NCBI GenBank assembly: GCA_964348725.1 | Contig: CAYGDG010000002.1 | Coordinates: forward strand, 202 to 64,201 | Direction of reading: 5' to 3' | Source of the DNA: an uncultured Candidatus Saccharibacteria bacterium | GTDB lineage: Bacteria > Patescibacteriota > Minisyncoccia > Phycocordibacterales > UBA9973 | DNA: 64,000 bases | Shown here: positions 53,303 to 63,387 of the stretch, one piece after another | Position numbering within the stretch: position 1 is the first letter of the stretch | How the letters are laid out: each line of letters opens with the position of its first letter | The notes under the pieces: model-generated | Databases searched by the model: none | Told to the model about the DNA's origin: nothing | What the model saw: only the letters and a program-made list of their open reading frames with translations | Translations under genes and position numbers: made by a program

Positions 53303-55123
53303 TTATTCAATAACGAGGACAACCGTCTGATCCCCGGTTGTTGTGGCTTCGACTGGCCCGGCAAAGTCGGATTTATTGCCGTAACGATCCACGGCGCGCA
53401 GCCAGTAGTAACGCGTCTCGGATCCGGCCAGCAGATTGCGGGTGAACGAATTATCGTAAACTTCAAGAATGCGGGCGGCATCGGTGTCCGGATCACTGGT
53501 GTTGCTGGTGCGCTCCCAGACTTCCACGTACCGGAAATCGCTTTCTGTAATTCGATCCCAGCTGATCGTGATGTAATTTTCACCAGCGGTGGCCGTGATA
53601 TTGTTTGGCTCGTGCGGCGGCACAGACTGGTTATTTGGCACCACAACTTGCGGCGCGTCCCCAATCGTTTTCAAATCAGACTGCGTAAAGGCATAGATAT
53701 TCTCCCCATCCTCATCGAGAGTCAGATCAACGCCCATTTCCTCCGTCATCTGCCAATTCACAACACGGCATGGCAGGCCGTTAATGCCAAAGCGAGTGAG
53801 ATCAACGGCGACCGTATTTCCGGCCATCACCTGAAACCCTGCCAGATTGGCAGGATACTGGATCTGCCGCTGTCTGCGGATTTGCTCCAGCGCGATTTTG
53901 GCAATGCGCTGCGCCATGGTATGGGACGTGGTGAAAGATAGATCCAGCGTTGAGATTATCTCTTCACCGCTATCCTCTGTGATATATAAATCCGAAGCCA
54001 CAGCCGGATAATCCGTGGCCTGCCAGTTATGATCGGGCGAGACGAACGCGCCTTTAATCGTATTGAATAACTGACGGCGTGAGCGATGCGGACGCATGAC
54101 AACGGCATCACGCAGGAAACTCTCATCAAAGGTTTTAACAGGTTCATAATAAGCGCCAACCTGCAGCCGCCACTTCCCGCCTGTGTAGGTCAGATACCCA
54201 GCGCAGCTGCCCAGCATGGATTCCAACACATCACGCGCGCTGTCATTCAGATCAACAACACCATTACAGGTGTAGCGTTTCTCGGTGGCATCCAAGGTGG
54301 CAACGGTTTCATCACAGACATTGGCGGCGGCGATAAACGAATTCATATCAATCTCTTCGGCTGAAGCACCAAGACCGAAATCCGATAGCAAATAATCCAG
54401 TACGCACAGAGCGGCATTATCAGACCAAGCATAATCATCAAGGCGCGGATCATAGACTTTACGTCCTTTGACGATGGCCGAAATGTTCGGCGTGCCGCTG
54501 GCATAGGCTTTATCGTCATAGCGCATTTCTGCATGGATATAAGCCAGGCCGCGCAGACGGTGAGCATTCGTCCATTGCCCGCCGGAATTATCAACGAGCA
54601 CCTGATCAGCCGTCTGATCGCTTGCACCCAGATGCTTATAAATACTGGCATAGACGGTGCCATCGCGTTTGTAAGGCTCGGATGTCGCCGCGCCGTTTCC
54701 ATCCAGCGGCACTGTTTCATCATTGAAGAGAATATCCTCAATCTCCTCGACCTCATGCGCGGCAAGCACAATCACCCAATGCAGAACATCCAGCTTATTA
54801 TCGCCGCCGCTCACCGGGCGGCTATGTGTAAAGACCAGCGGCCCGGATACGCGCGTGCGTCCATATACAATACGGTGCGCCGTAATCGGCTGGTTCACCA
54901 TTTCTGTGCGGCCACGGCTGCCTACAGATGAAGAAATAGATGTTACAGATGGTGCAGAATACTTTGCCTGCTTTGGTTTCGGCGCGAATATAGGCGCGGT
55001 AAAGGACACGACCGCCGATCCCACAACCCCGCCGACAATGGCACCGATAATGCCGCCGCCGACAACGCCGCTAACAAAATTGGAAGCCACAGCCCCCAGA
55101 ACAACCGGAATGACCTGTGGCAT
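53303..55123 (-). CDS. phage host-specificity / central tail-fibre protein (Phage-tail_3 plus FN3 domain)
   Basis: 606 aa. C-terminal fibronectin-III-like segment ITISWDRITESDFRYVEVWERTS...YYWLRAVDRYGNKS. Follows the NlpC/P60 gene, as in GTA-like tail clusters. Confidence 0.6.
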   Translation of the reverse strand: MPQVIPVVLGAVASNFVSGVVGGGIIGAIVGGVVGSAVVSFTAPIFAPKPKQAKYSAPSVTSISSSVGSRGRTEMVNQPITAHRIVYGRTRVSGPLVFTHSRPVSGGDNKLDVLHWVIVLAAHEVEEIEDILFNDETVPLDGNGAATSEPYKRDGTVYASIYKHLGASDQTADQVLVDNSGGQWTNAHRLRGLAYIHAEMRYDDKAYASGTPNISAIVKGRKVYDPRLDDYAWSDNAALCVLDYLLSDFGLGASAEEIDMNSFIAAANVCDETVATLDATEKRYTCNGVVDLNDSARDVLESMLGSCAGYLTYTGGKWRLQVGAYYEPVKTFDESFLRDAVVMRPHRSRRQLFNTIKGAFVSPDHNWQATDYPAVASDLYITEDSGEEIISTLDLSFTTSHTMAQRIAKIALEQIRRQRQIQYPANLAGFQVMAGNTVAVDLTRFGINGLPCRVVNWQMTEEMGVDLTLDEDGENIYAFTQSDLKTIGDAPQVVVPNNQSVPPHEPNNITATAGENYITISWDRITESDFRYVEVWERTSNTSDPDTDAARILEVYDNSFTRNLLAGSETRYYWLRAVDRYGNKSDFAGPVEATTTGDQTVVLVIE

Positions 55124-55545
55124 TATCCAATCCTCCAGGCACGAACCGCTTGCAGAGCCGGAAAACCAATCAAACCTTGATAGCCAGGGGCAAAGATATG
55201 TTCCCCAGCGCGGATGCCCAGCGTATCGCCCCGACCAATATCAAACAGGCAGACATCACCGCGCTGCGCTGTGAGCGGCGTGATTTCCGGAATGTTGTAT
55301 TTGGCAGCAACGGCCTCAGCAATACCGGCCACGCCCCCTGAACGGTTGAGAAGGCGTAGAGCCTGCGTTTGTGATGTATAACCCCGGTATGGCTGCGCTA
55401 GATCCTGACCCGTAATAGCCTCCACACAATCCATGGCGAAGAGACAGCAATCATTCTCTCCCCAGACAAAAGGCTTCATGCGGGCAGCATCGATGAATCT
55501 GGCCAGCCGTTCCGGCCAGTCAGGATAACGTTTAATTTTTGACAT
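55123..55545 (-). CDS. phage NlpC/P60-family cell-wall peptidase
   Basis: 140 aa. WGENDCCLFAMDCVEAITG contains the Cys-containing NlpC/P60 motif. Confidence 0.65.
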   Translation of the reverse strand: MSKIKRYPDWPERLARFIDAARMKPFVWGENDCCLFAMDCVEAITGQDLAQPYRGYTSQTQALRLLNRSGGVAGIAEAVAAKYNIPEITPLTAQRGDVCLFDIGRGDTLGIRAGEHIFAPGYQGLIGFPALQAVRAWRIG

Positions 55546-55547
55546 GA

Positions 55548-56120
55548 TTACTCCGGCGCTCTGCCCCAGACGATTTGTTTATCCTGAAGCGAAGGGACGT
55601 ATTCCAGCCCCTTATCGCCAGGGAAGCGTGATTGTTGATCGGCATCGGTGTAACGACGGGTGCGCACGCGCTCTAAATCTCGCAAGCGGCTCTCCGCTGT
55701 TAATGTGATCGTAGCCGTATCACCACCATCGGCTATTTCGGCTGTATCCATGCGGCCATCAAAAATCAGAAACGGATCGGCAATCAGCGTGGTGAAATCC
55801 TCATTAATGAACCCCAGATACATCCTAGCTTTATGCCCCTGAATTTTAGCAGTGCTAACCTTGGTGATGAGATCAGCAGGAATACCGCTCAGTTGAAAGC
55901 TCGCCCCCGTAGCCTTTAATTCTGTTGTTTCCTCAACCGTACTGACTTTGCCGAGATTGCCCGCGCCGTACCAGATTTTGCTATCCCAGCTTAGCTGGCC
56001 GATACCGCTCCATGCCCGGTCAATCGTTTCACCAAAATCAAACTCGGCGAGGATAATCGGGCGCACGACCTGCTTTTCCGTCTCGGCAGACAGAGTTTCA
56101 TCAAGGCGTTTTTCAGACAT
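55548..56120 (-). CDS. phage tail protein (distal-tail/hub-associated, DUF2163-like)
   Basis: 190 aa. ILAEFDFGETIDRAWSGIGQLSWDSKIWYG. Confidence 0.45.
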   Translation of the reverse strand: MSEKRLDETLSAETEKQVVRPIILAEFDFGETIDRAWSGIGQLSWDSKIWYGAGNLGKVSTVEETTELKATGASFQLSGIPADLITKVSTAKIQGHKARMYLGFINEDFTTLIADPFLIFDGRMDTAEIADGGDTATITLTAESRLRDLERVRTRRYTDADQQSRFPGDKGLEYVPSLQDKQIVWGRAPE

Positions 56121-57086
56121 TTAATTCAGAATTTGTTCAAAGCTCAGGGTGTAAGAAGATTGGTTCGGCGGTACGGTGCGGTTCTCTCCCGCATCGTCCT
56201 GGGTTAACCGCATCAAGACGGTGACGCCGCCCATCACCAGCGGCTGTTCGGTAATGACTGTACGCAGTTTTGGGGCAATCGGGACAAAGGCTGTTCCTTC
56301 AATATCAGTGATGACATTTTCTAAAATTATGTGAGCGTGTCCTTCGGCTGGCGATAGGCTTTCCCCGGCCTGAATAACGGTAGCAAAGGGACGAAGACCA
56401 TTGATTTGCAACTGTCGCCCAGAACCATCAATCAAGGTGGGCTGGCCTTCGCCCTCAAAGAAAGCTCCACCAACCTGCACAAGCAGATCGTCATCATTTT
56501 GCGCCTGCAGGCCATATCCTTCCTCAATGGCTATTTCCAATGCTTCGCCATGCTCAATAGTGAGCAAGAAGCCTTTATCTGTCTCAAAGGGAATGCCAAC
56601 ATTATCAGCCAATAGTGTAAGACCAGCTTCCGTTAGCAATGTGACCTCATCATAAAAGATCAGCACAGCATCAAACCCGCCGCCAAAGAGTGCATTGTCT
56701 TCTGCGCCCAGCGGCGGACTTTCCTCGGTACTCAGAAAGCCGTCATCATTAGTATCATCATCAAAATCATAATGATCATCAAAGAATGTCAGGCCGATCT
56801 CATCCGCATAATCATCCATGCTCAGCGTGACTGGCCTTGCTGTCAGCCGCCTGAAATCCGGCACAAGGATTTGACCAACCGCACCTTTAAGCTCAGCAAT
56901 TAATGCATCAAGACGGCGGGCGCGAGTATTTTCAAGCTCAAATGTGAATTCCGCCACCCAGCGTGCACCTTCACGCTCCAGCACATCAAACTGTCCGGTG
57001 AGCGTAGACAAAAACCGTGTCGATCTGTGCCTAATATAAAAGCTCTGGCTTTTCGGATAGATGCCCTCCGGCCACTCTAAAATCAT
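56121..57086 (-). CDS. phage distal tail protein, paralogue B
   Basis: 321 aa. The N-terminal ~80 aa are similar to 57083-57688 (QSFYIR..S.F...LTGQ..VLER.AARWV). Confidence 0.45.
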   Translation of the reverse strand: MILEWPEGIYPKSQSFYIRHRSTRFLSTLTGQFDVLEREGARWVAEFTFELENTRARRLDALIAELKGAVGQILVPDFRRLTARPVTLSMDDYADEIGLTFFDDHYDFDDDTNDDGFLSTEESPPLGAEDNALFGGGFDAVLIFYDEVTLLTEAGLTLLADNVGIPFETDKGFLLTIEHGEALEIAIEEGYGLQAQNDDDLLVQVGGAFFEGEGQPTLIDGSGRQLQINGLRPFATVIQAGESLSPAEGHAHIILENVITDIEGTAFVPIAPKLRTVITEQPLVMGGVTVLMRLTQDDAGENRTVPPNQSSYTLSFEQILN

Positions 57087-57688
57087 TGCGGCAACACCTC
57101 AATCAATTCCAGATCAAAGCTGCTCAGGCGGCGATTGTCGGTCGCATTCTCTGCCGCATCATCATCCACCAGCCGCATGCGAACACGGCAGTTATCCGTA
57201 ATTAATGGCCCGACCGTCACAGCCTCTCGCAAGCGCGGTGCAATTGCCACCAGTGCCTCTCCGGTTTCGTCTGCATCTACATCCTGTAAGGTAATGTGAG
57301 TGCGCCCCGGTGAGGTCTGAATCAAATCTCCAGCCTTTAAAACGCCTACTGCATCCGGCGTGAAGCCATTAATCGTGATCGTGTTACCAGTGCCACTGAC
57401 CAGTTGCGGCACTCCGGCCAGAGATCCCCTTGCCGATGGTCTCCGGAAATCAGGCACGAATACATGCCCGACCGATCCCCGCAAGGCCGCCAGCAAGGCA
57501 TCCAGCCTGCGTGAGTCTAATTCCGCCCGCACCAGCGATAACTTTGTCACCCAGCGCGCCGCATCACGCTCCAGAACCTGTACTTGCCCTGTGAGCGGGT
57601 TTTCAAATTTGGTCGAGAGCGTGCGAATATAAAAGCTCTGCTCCCCTGGACGCAGATCCAGCGGCCAGTTGAGTTCGATATCTGCCAT
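57083..57688 (-). CDS. phage distal tail protein, paralogue A
   Basis: 201 aa, directly downstream of the tape-measure gene. Confidence 0.45.
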   Translation of the reverse strand: MADIELNWPLDLRPGEQSFYIRTLSTKFENPLTGQVQVLERDAARWVTKLSLVRAELDSRRLDALLAALRGSVGHVFVPDFRRPSARGSLAGVPQLVSGTGNTITINGFTPDAVGVLKAGDLIQTSPGRTHITLQDVDADETGEALVAIAPRLREAVTVGPLITDNCRVRMRLVDDDAAENATDNRRLSSFDLELIEVLPQ

Positions 57689-57696
57689 GGGTTTTC

Positions 57697-60096
57697 CTAC
57701 TCAAATCTTGATCCGCGCCGCTGCCATGTGTCCACGGTTTTGCGGTGGGCGATTTGCGCTGATGTCTGAATAATGCCGGGGATCCGGGCGCTCAATGCCT
57801 TATCAACAGCCTGCTTGACCATCTCGGAGGTGGCAGATGGATTAGCAGAATTTCTGGCGTCAACCATGACTGAGAAATAGTTTCCGCCGTTTACGCCAGC
57901 AGATTCCACACCCAGACGGCCAGACGACATTCTGGTCAGTGGCAAGACGGCTTCCGGCCCGGCTTCTCCCATCAATCCCATGCCATTGGCCATTGGAAAG
58001 ATGGTGGGTTTGCCGACAATCCCCCCCTTGGCATAGGCTGTGATCTGCTGACCATTGCGAAAGGCGCCACCATCTGCAAACAAGCCGCCGAATAAACCAC
58101 CGCCACTGCCGCCGCTTTGCCCGCCACCAAAAATACTGCTGATCAGACCGCTTAAGCCTTGCGCCAGTGGCCCGGTGATCTGGGTACGGACAAGCAGCCG
58201 GGCGACATCTTCCAGAATGCTATCGACCAGCTCTTTGAATTCAAACTTGCCCGTGGTGGTGGCCTTAACCAGCGCATCCTCCAGTCCCTGCATGGCATTG
58301 GTGACCACGCGCTCGACATTTGCGGCCATATCTGTGGCCTCGCTGGCATATTTATCTAGCGCACGAACCGCGCCATCGAACCATTTGTCACTGGCTGCAA
58401 CCAGCTCGTCATAAGCCTTCTTTCCGGCAGCCTCGAATTCTTCAAGGCTGATAGATCCTTCTTTGAGAAGCTCGTTTAGCTCCTCCATCCGTTCATTGTA
58501 TTTATCCTGAGCGGAGATATTCTCATCCGTGATTTTCTTGATCTCTTCGATCAGTTCTTTCTTGCGCTGCTCGACCCGCTCTTCTTCCTCCTTGGCATCG
58601 CGCAGACGATAATACTCCTCGACCAGGCGCTGGATTTCCTGTCCCTCGCGGGTTTTCAGATCAACGCCAGCAGATTGCAGCTGGTTATAAAGCTCTTGCG
58701 TTTTTTCATCGCGGAGCAGTTGTTCGTTCCGGAACTTAAGCGCCTGCGTGACTTGTTCAATCTTCTGGCGCTCTTTTTCCAGCTGCTTGATAATTTCCTT
58801 CTCGGCTTTTGTCGGGCCGCTTTTCGCATCGCGTTCCTGCTGGACACGTTCTTGCTCAGCCTTTGAGCGGGCTACTTCCGCATCCCGCTGCAATTTCTGG
58901 ATCCGCTCTTCCTGCGCCCGTAGTGCCCTTATGGATTCCTCTGACGGGCCAAAATCAAATGTGGCGACCAATTGCCGCGCATTATCGGCAATCGCCGCAT
59001 CCACGGCATCGGCAAGGCGTGTAATGCCTTGCTGGGCTTTCAGCTCCACACCGGGCAGCAAATTGATAATACCGACTGCGCCGTCATAAATGGTTTCCAG
59101 TGACCGCAGCACCCCGCGCGCCAAACCCAGAATAGATGTTTGCACGACCAGATAGGCGGCCTTGATACCGCGCCCGGCGATAAAGGCGGTTTTTTCAACA
59201 ATGCCTGTGGCCTCGGCAAAGGCCATTTGTCCGGTGACGGCTTTTGACGCCACACCGATGCTGGTGGCCATGCCGGATGTCAGCTCAGCCAGAAAATCAA
59301 TAATCCCGCTTTCGCCAATCGTGCGTGCCAGCTCTACCCAGGCATTATTGAGCTTTGCCAAAGATCCGCTGATGGTGCCGTCCAGTTTGGCGGCGGCACC
59401 ATCATAGGACTCCAGCGCCTTCACCAGCGTGGTAGCAAACATTTCTGCCGTCACTTCACCAGAATTCACAAGGCGGCGGAAACCACCAGCGGACAGTCCA
59501 GCGGCTTTATCCAGCTCCTGCAACAGGCCGGGCAGCGGCTCGACCACCTGATTAAGCTCCTCAGCCCGCAACGTACCGGAGCTTAAGCCCTGCGAGAGAC
59601 CAAACAGAACGCGGTCAATATCGGGGCCGCTTGCACCAAGCTGGGCAGCAGCGTTTACCAGACCTTCGGAAAGCTGGTTAACCTGTTCACGGTTTAAAAT
59701 ACCGCTGTTTTGCAGAACCAGAAGCCGCGCATAACCATCGGACAGCGTTTCGATGCCGACATTCAGCTCATCAGCTTTGCTCTTGAGATAATCTTGCGTA
59801 TTGGCGTAATCCTCGGCACTGCTGGTGAGGGAGCGCAGCCGGATATCCAGCTTTTCAAAGGTTTGGATATTGCGGAAAATTGAGCTGGCCGATGCTGCCG
59901 CCGCAAAGGCCGGAACCAGCGTTGAGGTAATGTTTCTTGCCATTCCGGCAATCGCCGTATTGGTGCGGCCAGCCGAATCGCGGATCTTCTTGAAATTCTG
60001 CTCGCCTTTTTCCCCGACCTTATCAAACTCGCGCGTGACTTTGACGCTGCCATCAACCTTGAGAGCAATGACATAGTTGGAGCGGCGATCAGCCAT
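57697..60096 (-). CDS. phage tail tape-measure protein
   Basis: 799 aa, Ala/Gly/Leu-rich with long coiled-coil stretches. Central Glu/Lys/Arg-rich block. Confidence 0.75.
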   Translation of the reverse strand: MADRRSNYVIALKVDGSVKVTREFDKVGEKGEQNFKKIRDSAGRTNTAIAGMARNITSTLVPAFAAAASASSIFRNIQTFEKLDIRLRSLTSSAEDYANTQDYLKSKADELNVGIETLSDGYARLLVLQNSGILNREQVNQLSEGLVNAAAQLGASGPDIDRVLFGLSQGLSSGTLRAEELNQVVEPLPGLLQELDKAAGLSAGGFRRLVNSGEVTAEMFATTLVKALESYDGAAAKLDGTISGSLAKLNNAWVELARTIGESGIIDFLAELTSGMATSIGVASKAVTGQMAFAEATGIVEKTAFIAGRGIKAAYLVVQTSILGLARGVLRSLETIYDGAVGIINLLPGVELKAQQGITRLADAVDAAIADNARQLVATFDFGPSEESIRALRAQEERIQKLQRDAEVARSKAEQERVQQERDAKSGPTKAEKEIIKQLEKERQKIEQVTQALKFRNEQLLRDEKTQELYNQLQSAGVDLKTREGQEIQRLVEEYYRLRDAKEEEERVEQRKKELIEEIKKITDENISAQDKYNERMEELNELLKEGSISLEEFEAAGKKAYDELVAASDKWFDGAVRALDKYASEATDMAANVERVVTNAMQGLEDALVKATTTGKFEFKELVDSILEDVARLLVRTQITGPLAQGLSGLISSIFGGGQSGGSGGGLFGGLFADGGAFRNGQQITAYAKGGIVGKPTIFPMANGMGLMGEAGPEAVLPLTRMSSGRLGVESAGVNGGNYFSVMVDARNSANPSATSEMVKQAVDKALSARIPGIIQTSAQIAHRKTVDTWQRRGSRFE

Positions 60097-60853
60097 GTTT
60101 CGTGTTTTCTTCCTGAGTTATAGCGTCCAGAATTCCGGCTTCGCCTTCTTTCAAAAGCTCGGTGACAATTTCCAGATCAAAGCCGCGGGCTTTTGCAATT
60201 TCTAATGCTGCGCCCATATCAATTCCAACCACTCGGCCAGAGGGCGCAAGGCGCAGTTGGGATGTACAGCTTTCTAGAATTTCCCACGCTTGCTGTTCCT
60301 GCACTAGGCGCGGTGCGTATTTCTGATACGGACAAAGATTTTCAAAAGCACATGGCAGATCCTGCTCTTTGCAGGTGGCGCAATAAGACGGCCCACCGCT
60401 TTTCTTGAAATGCCATTCGGTCAGCTTTCTGATCCGTTCCTTTGCTTCGCCCAGCAAAAACACATAACGGGTGAAAAGTTGGAAAAAGCTCTCTGAAAAT
60501 TCCGACACATCCATGACTTTGCGGATATTCTCCGGCGTGGGATCTGCCGGGGCGTTCTTCTCTTCATCCAGAACACCGTCCCAGCCGACAATATGCGTGA
60601 CGGCCAGATCCTTGATCAGATGATCCAGAAACAAGGCGTTACGCTCTTGCGGGTTTTTCAGATCAACCGGGTGTTCGACCACAAAACCCGACTCTTCCAC
60701 ATCACGCAGACCTTTCTCCAGATCCGCCACTTTTTTCTGCGCGGTCATGGTGGCCACAGAATAGCTTAAGGTTTTGAGCGGTTTGACGGTGACCGTAAAG
60801 CCTGGAGCAATGCCGATTTTATAGGGCTGGCTGGGCTGCTTCAGAGTGATCAT
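60089..60853 (-). CDS. phage tail-assembly chaperone-like protein
   Basis: 254 aa immediately upstream of the tape-measure gene. Cys-containing segment CATCKEQDLPCAFENLCP. Confidence 0.35.
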   Translation of the reverse strand: MITLKQPSQPYKIGIAPGFTVTVKPLKTLSYSVATMTAQKKVADLEKGLRDVEESGFVVEHPVDLKNPQERNALFLDHLIKDLAVTHIVGWDGVLDEEKNAPADPTPENIRKVMDVSEFSESFFQLFTRYVFLLGEAKERIRKLTEWHFKKSGGPSYCATCKEQDLPCAFENLCPYQKYAPRLVQEQQAWEILESCTSQLRLAPSGRVVGIDMGAALEIAKARGFDLEIVTELLKEGEAGILDAITQEENTKHG

Positions 60854-62121
60854 AGATACTGGCTCCCATCCAAATCATTCAGGAGCTTGACCGTCAGCAT
60901 CTTGCCTTCTGCGGCATTATAGGCACCCTGAAAATCAAAGCTCGCCTGCACACCGCCTGGGCCATCGACAGACAGTTTTGGCTTTGGCAGATAAACCTCA
61001 TGCGCCAGAAGCTGCAGCCGTAAAGCGGCGCTCAGCGTGTAAGAAAACTCCAGATCCACAGGCGTGCCAGCCGAGGCCAGATCAATCAGCGTGGTATCGG
61101 CAAAGCGGACTTCAATCGTGCCTGTAAGCGCTGCAATCGTGGGATCCGCGCCATCAATCAATCCGTCATCACGGATGGTTTCAATGCGCTCCAGATTATT
61201 GTTGTAGCTGATCGATCCTGCCGTCAGGTTTCCGATAGGTACGCCGCCAGATTTAATCGCACCCTGAAACTGGCTGATCCGCTGGAATGTCAGCATTTGC
61301 GCTGTACCGCCTTGTGTCGCTCCATAGCGTTTTTCAGCCTGAGCAATGGCATTGATCGTTGCCGCCGCCGCGCCAGAGCGCTGAAAATCAAAGGCGATGG
61401 AATTCATCACCACACCTGTATGCATGAAAAATGCTGGCACTTTCGGCATGCCAATTTGAAGGGAATAGCTGGGCAGCGTATCATTGCCGGAGATAAATTC
61501 ATGCTCTGTCCCACCGCCCTCCAGCGTATTATCGCTGAGCGTTGCTACATCACAGTCTTCGGCCAGCGTAAATGCATTCCCGGCTGATCCAGCCGTATCA
61601 TGCGTCACCCGCAAACGGGATGTGCCAGTGGGGCGGCTGTAAGTGGCCACGGTGACATTGCCATCAGATGAAGCATTCAGCTGAGTAACCGCATTATCGA
61701 CTGTCTGAATAGGCGTGCCGCCGATCAGGATTTCATCACCTGCCGGAGCTGAGCTGACAAATGTAAATTCAGTGCCGTTGATCGTGATAGTATCGTTCTC
61801 AGAAGGCAGGCCTGAAAAATCAATAAAGCCCGTCGCGGCAACAGCGCCGGAAGTTGGATCCCCAAATAATCCGGTCAGCCAGAATCCCAGATAACGCGGA
61901 TCCACCGGGACAATAATATCGCCGTCATCGTTGATCACATCCCGAAGAGGCTGGAGCGGATCCCGGCCATAGCCGAGAACGGCATCCTCGATCAAGCCTT
62001 GTTCACTGCCCAGATCCGAGCTGGTAAAGGGCATTTGGTAATAGTTTCCGGATGCCTGCTGACCGTAGGCGCTTTCACGCTTGAGGAGCAGCGAGGCGTT
62101 CGAGCCATATGCGCGCGCCAT
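60850..62121 (-). CDS. putative major tail protein
   Basis: 423 aa. Position: upstream of the chaperone and tape-measure genes, downstream of the tail-terminator-like gene. Confidence 0.35.
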   Translation of the reverse strand: MARAYGSNASLLLKRESAYGQQASGNYYQMPFTSSDLGSEQGLIEDAVLGYGRDPLQPLRDVINDDGDIIVPVDPRYLGFWLTGLFGDPTSGAVAATGFIDFSGLPSENDTITINGTEFTFVSSAPAGDEILIGGTPIQTVDNAVTQLNASSDGNVTVATYSRPTGTSRLRVTHDTAGSAGNAFTLAEDCDVATLSDNTLEGGGTEHEFISGNDTLPSYSLQIGMPKVPAFFMHTGVVMNSIAFDFQRSGAAAATINAIAQAEKRYGATQGGTAQMLTFQRISQFQGAIKSGGVPIGNLTAGSISYNNNLERIETIRDDGLIDGADPTIAALTGTIEVRFADTTLIDLASAGTPVDLEFSYTLSAALRLQLLAHEVYLPKPKLSVDGPGGVQASFDFQGAYNAAEGKMLTVKLLNDLDGSQYL

Positions 62122-62155
62122 AGGGTTTTCTCCTTGTTTAGGGTGGTTGAAATGA

Positions 62156-62186
62156 AAAAACCCGCCAGTGCGGCGGGTTTGAACGG
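62156..62186 (-). terminator. intrinsic terminator inside the tail gene array
   Basis: Minus strand: ACCCGCCgcactGGCGGGT followed by ttttttc. Confidence 0.55.
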
Positions 62187-62200
62187 GGTTAAATCAGGAA

Positions 62201-62956
62201 TTACAAAACGAGCGGAATGCCAAAACGCTTTGATAGATAGCGTTCTACTTTCTCGATAAGCTGCATATTCAATAATTCCATGCAGAAGATGACGGCGCCA
62301 AAGGCACCTTCAACGGCATAAATATTGTATCCTGTAAAAAGCGTGATTTTCTTGGCATTAGCACCGCTGTAATAATGATCCATGGGATCAATGTTAAAGG
62401 GCTGTCCTGATGAATTCAGAGCTTGTACACCATTTCCTCTGATAACCAGCTCCGTCTTGCTCTTGAACATGAATGTGCATATGGCTCCTGGTAGCAGAGC
62501 GATATTCGTGCGTGGAAAATTTCCATCTTGATTGCGTCCCCATGCCAAGCCGAGCGGATGATCCAGTGGCGTATGGTAGTTATCATAAAAGGCCATCATA
62601 CGGCGGCTTGTCAGGCGATATGCTTTATAGACAAGAAACCAGGTCTGCTGTTCCTTAAGAAAGCTGTTTACACTCATATCTCCCTGAAGCTCTACAAACT
62701 GATCCTGCAGAGAATTGCCAATGCCGGCCATAGAGCCAAAAACATTCTGATCATATGTCGGATGCACCCGGTTGACTTCCGTCCTGACCCTCAAATGATG
62801 ACCGTTTCCGGATATATCGTGCAGCTTATCGATTTTACCGTCCGGCTGCACAGTCGGCTTTGAAAGAATGGGATCATACCACGCCAGCAATTTTGGCAGA
62901 TGGAGTGGCAAGCCTGAATAGCCCGTTGAGAGGCCAGGATTTAAGAGCATGGTCAT
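62201..62956 (-). CDS. hypothetical phage protein
   Basis: 251-aa ORF in the head-tail joining region. Confidence 0.4.
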   Translation of the reverse strand: MTMLLNPGLSTGYSGLPLHLPKLLAWYDPILSKPTVQPDGKIDKLHDISGNGHHLRVRTEVNRVHPTYDQNVFGSMAGIGNSLQDQFVELQGDMSVNSFLKEQQTWFLVYKAYRLTSRRMMAFYDNYHTPLDHPLGLAWGRNQDGNFPRTNIALLPGAICTFMFKSKTELVIRGNGVQALNSSGQPFNIDPMDHYYSGANAKKITLFTGYNIYAVEGAFGAVIFCMELLNMQLIEKVERYLSKRFGIPLVL

Positions 62957-63387
62957 GAAAGTGCTGTAGGGGTTTCGTAATCTAAAATCAAAGTTAGTAC
63001 GCCGGATTTAATGGCGTGTGAGCCTGGAATAATTTCGACTGTCACATCTGGTCTGGCGTAGCTCATGCCAAAGATCAAGCTGCCGAGATCGGGGTCTGTC
63101 TCCAGCGCAGCACCAATCTGGGTAATGATCGTGTCAAACAATGCATCGCGGCTATTCTGCGCGCCGTCTGCGACATAAATCTCAATTTCAACTTCATGTT
63201 CATAATACGCATTGCCAAAACCGCCCAGCGCTTCATCCGGAAGGCCGGGATTACCATCACGCAAAATGACCAGCCCATCGGCAGGTATTTTCTCAGGCAC
63301 TGAAGCGTTACGTTCAAACTTGGCGTTTACCGCTCCCTCCACCAGCGTTGCCAATGCCTGCAGAATTGTTTCGGTTTTACTGGTCAT
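62953..63387 (-). CDS. phage tail-terminator / tail-completion-like protein
   Basis: 144 aa, acidic. 4-nt overlaps with its neighbours. Confidence 0.4.
   Translation of the reverse strand: MTSKTETILQALATLVEGAVNAKFERNASVPEKIPADGLVILRDGNPGLPDEALGGFGNAYYEHEVEIEIYVADGAQNSRDALFDTIITQIGAALETDPDLGSLIFGMSYARPDVTVEIIPGSHAIKSGVLTLILDYETPTALS

Noticed and set aside
60850-62121. 423-aa protein as a major capsid protein
   Set aside because: It lies between a tail-terminator-like gene and the chaperone and tape-measure genes, a position that indicates a tail protein rather than a capsid protein. No HK97-fold signature was recognised. Labelled only as a putative major tail protein, at low confidence.
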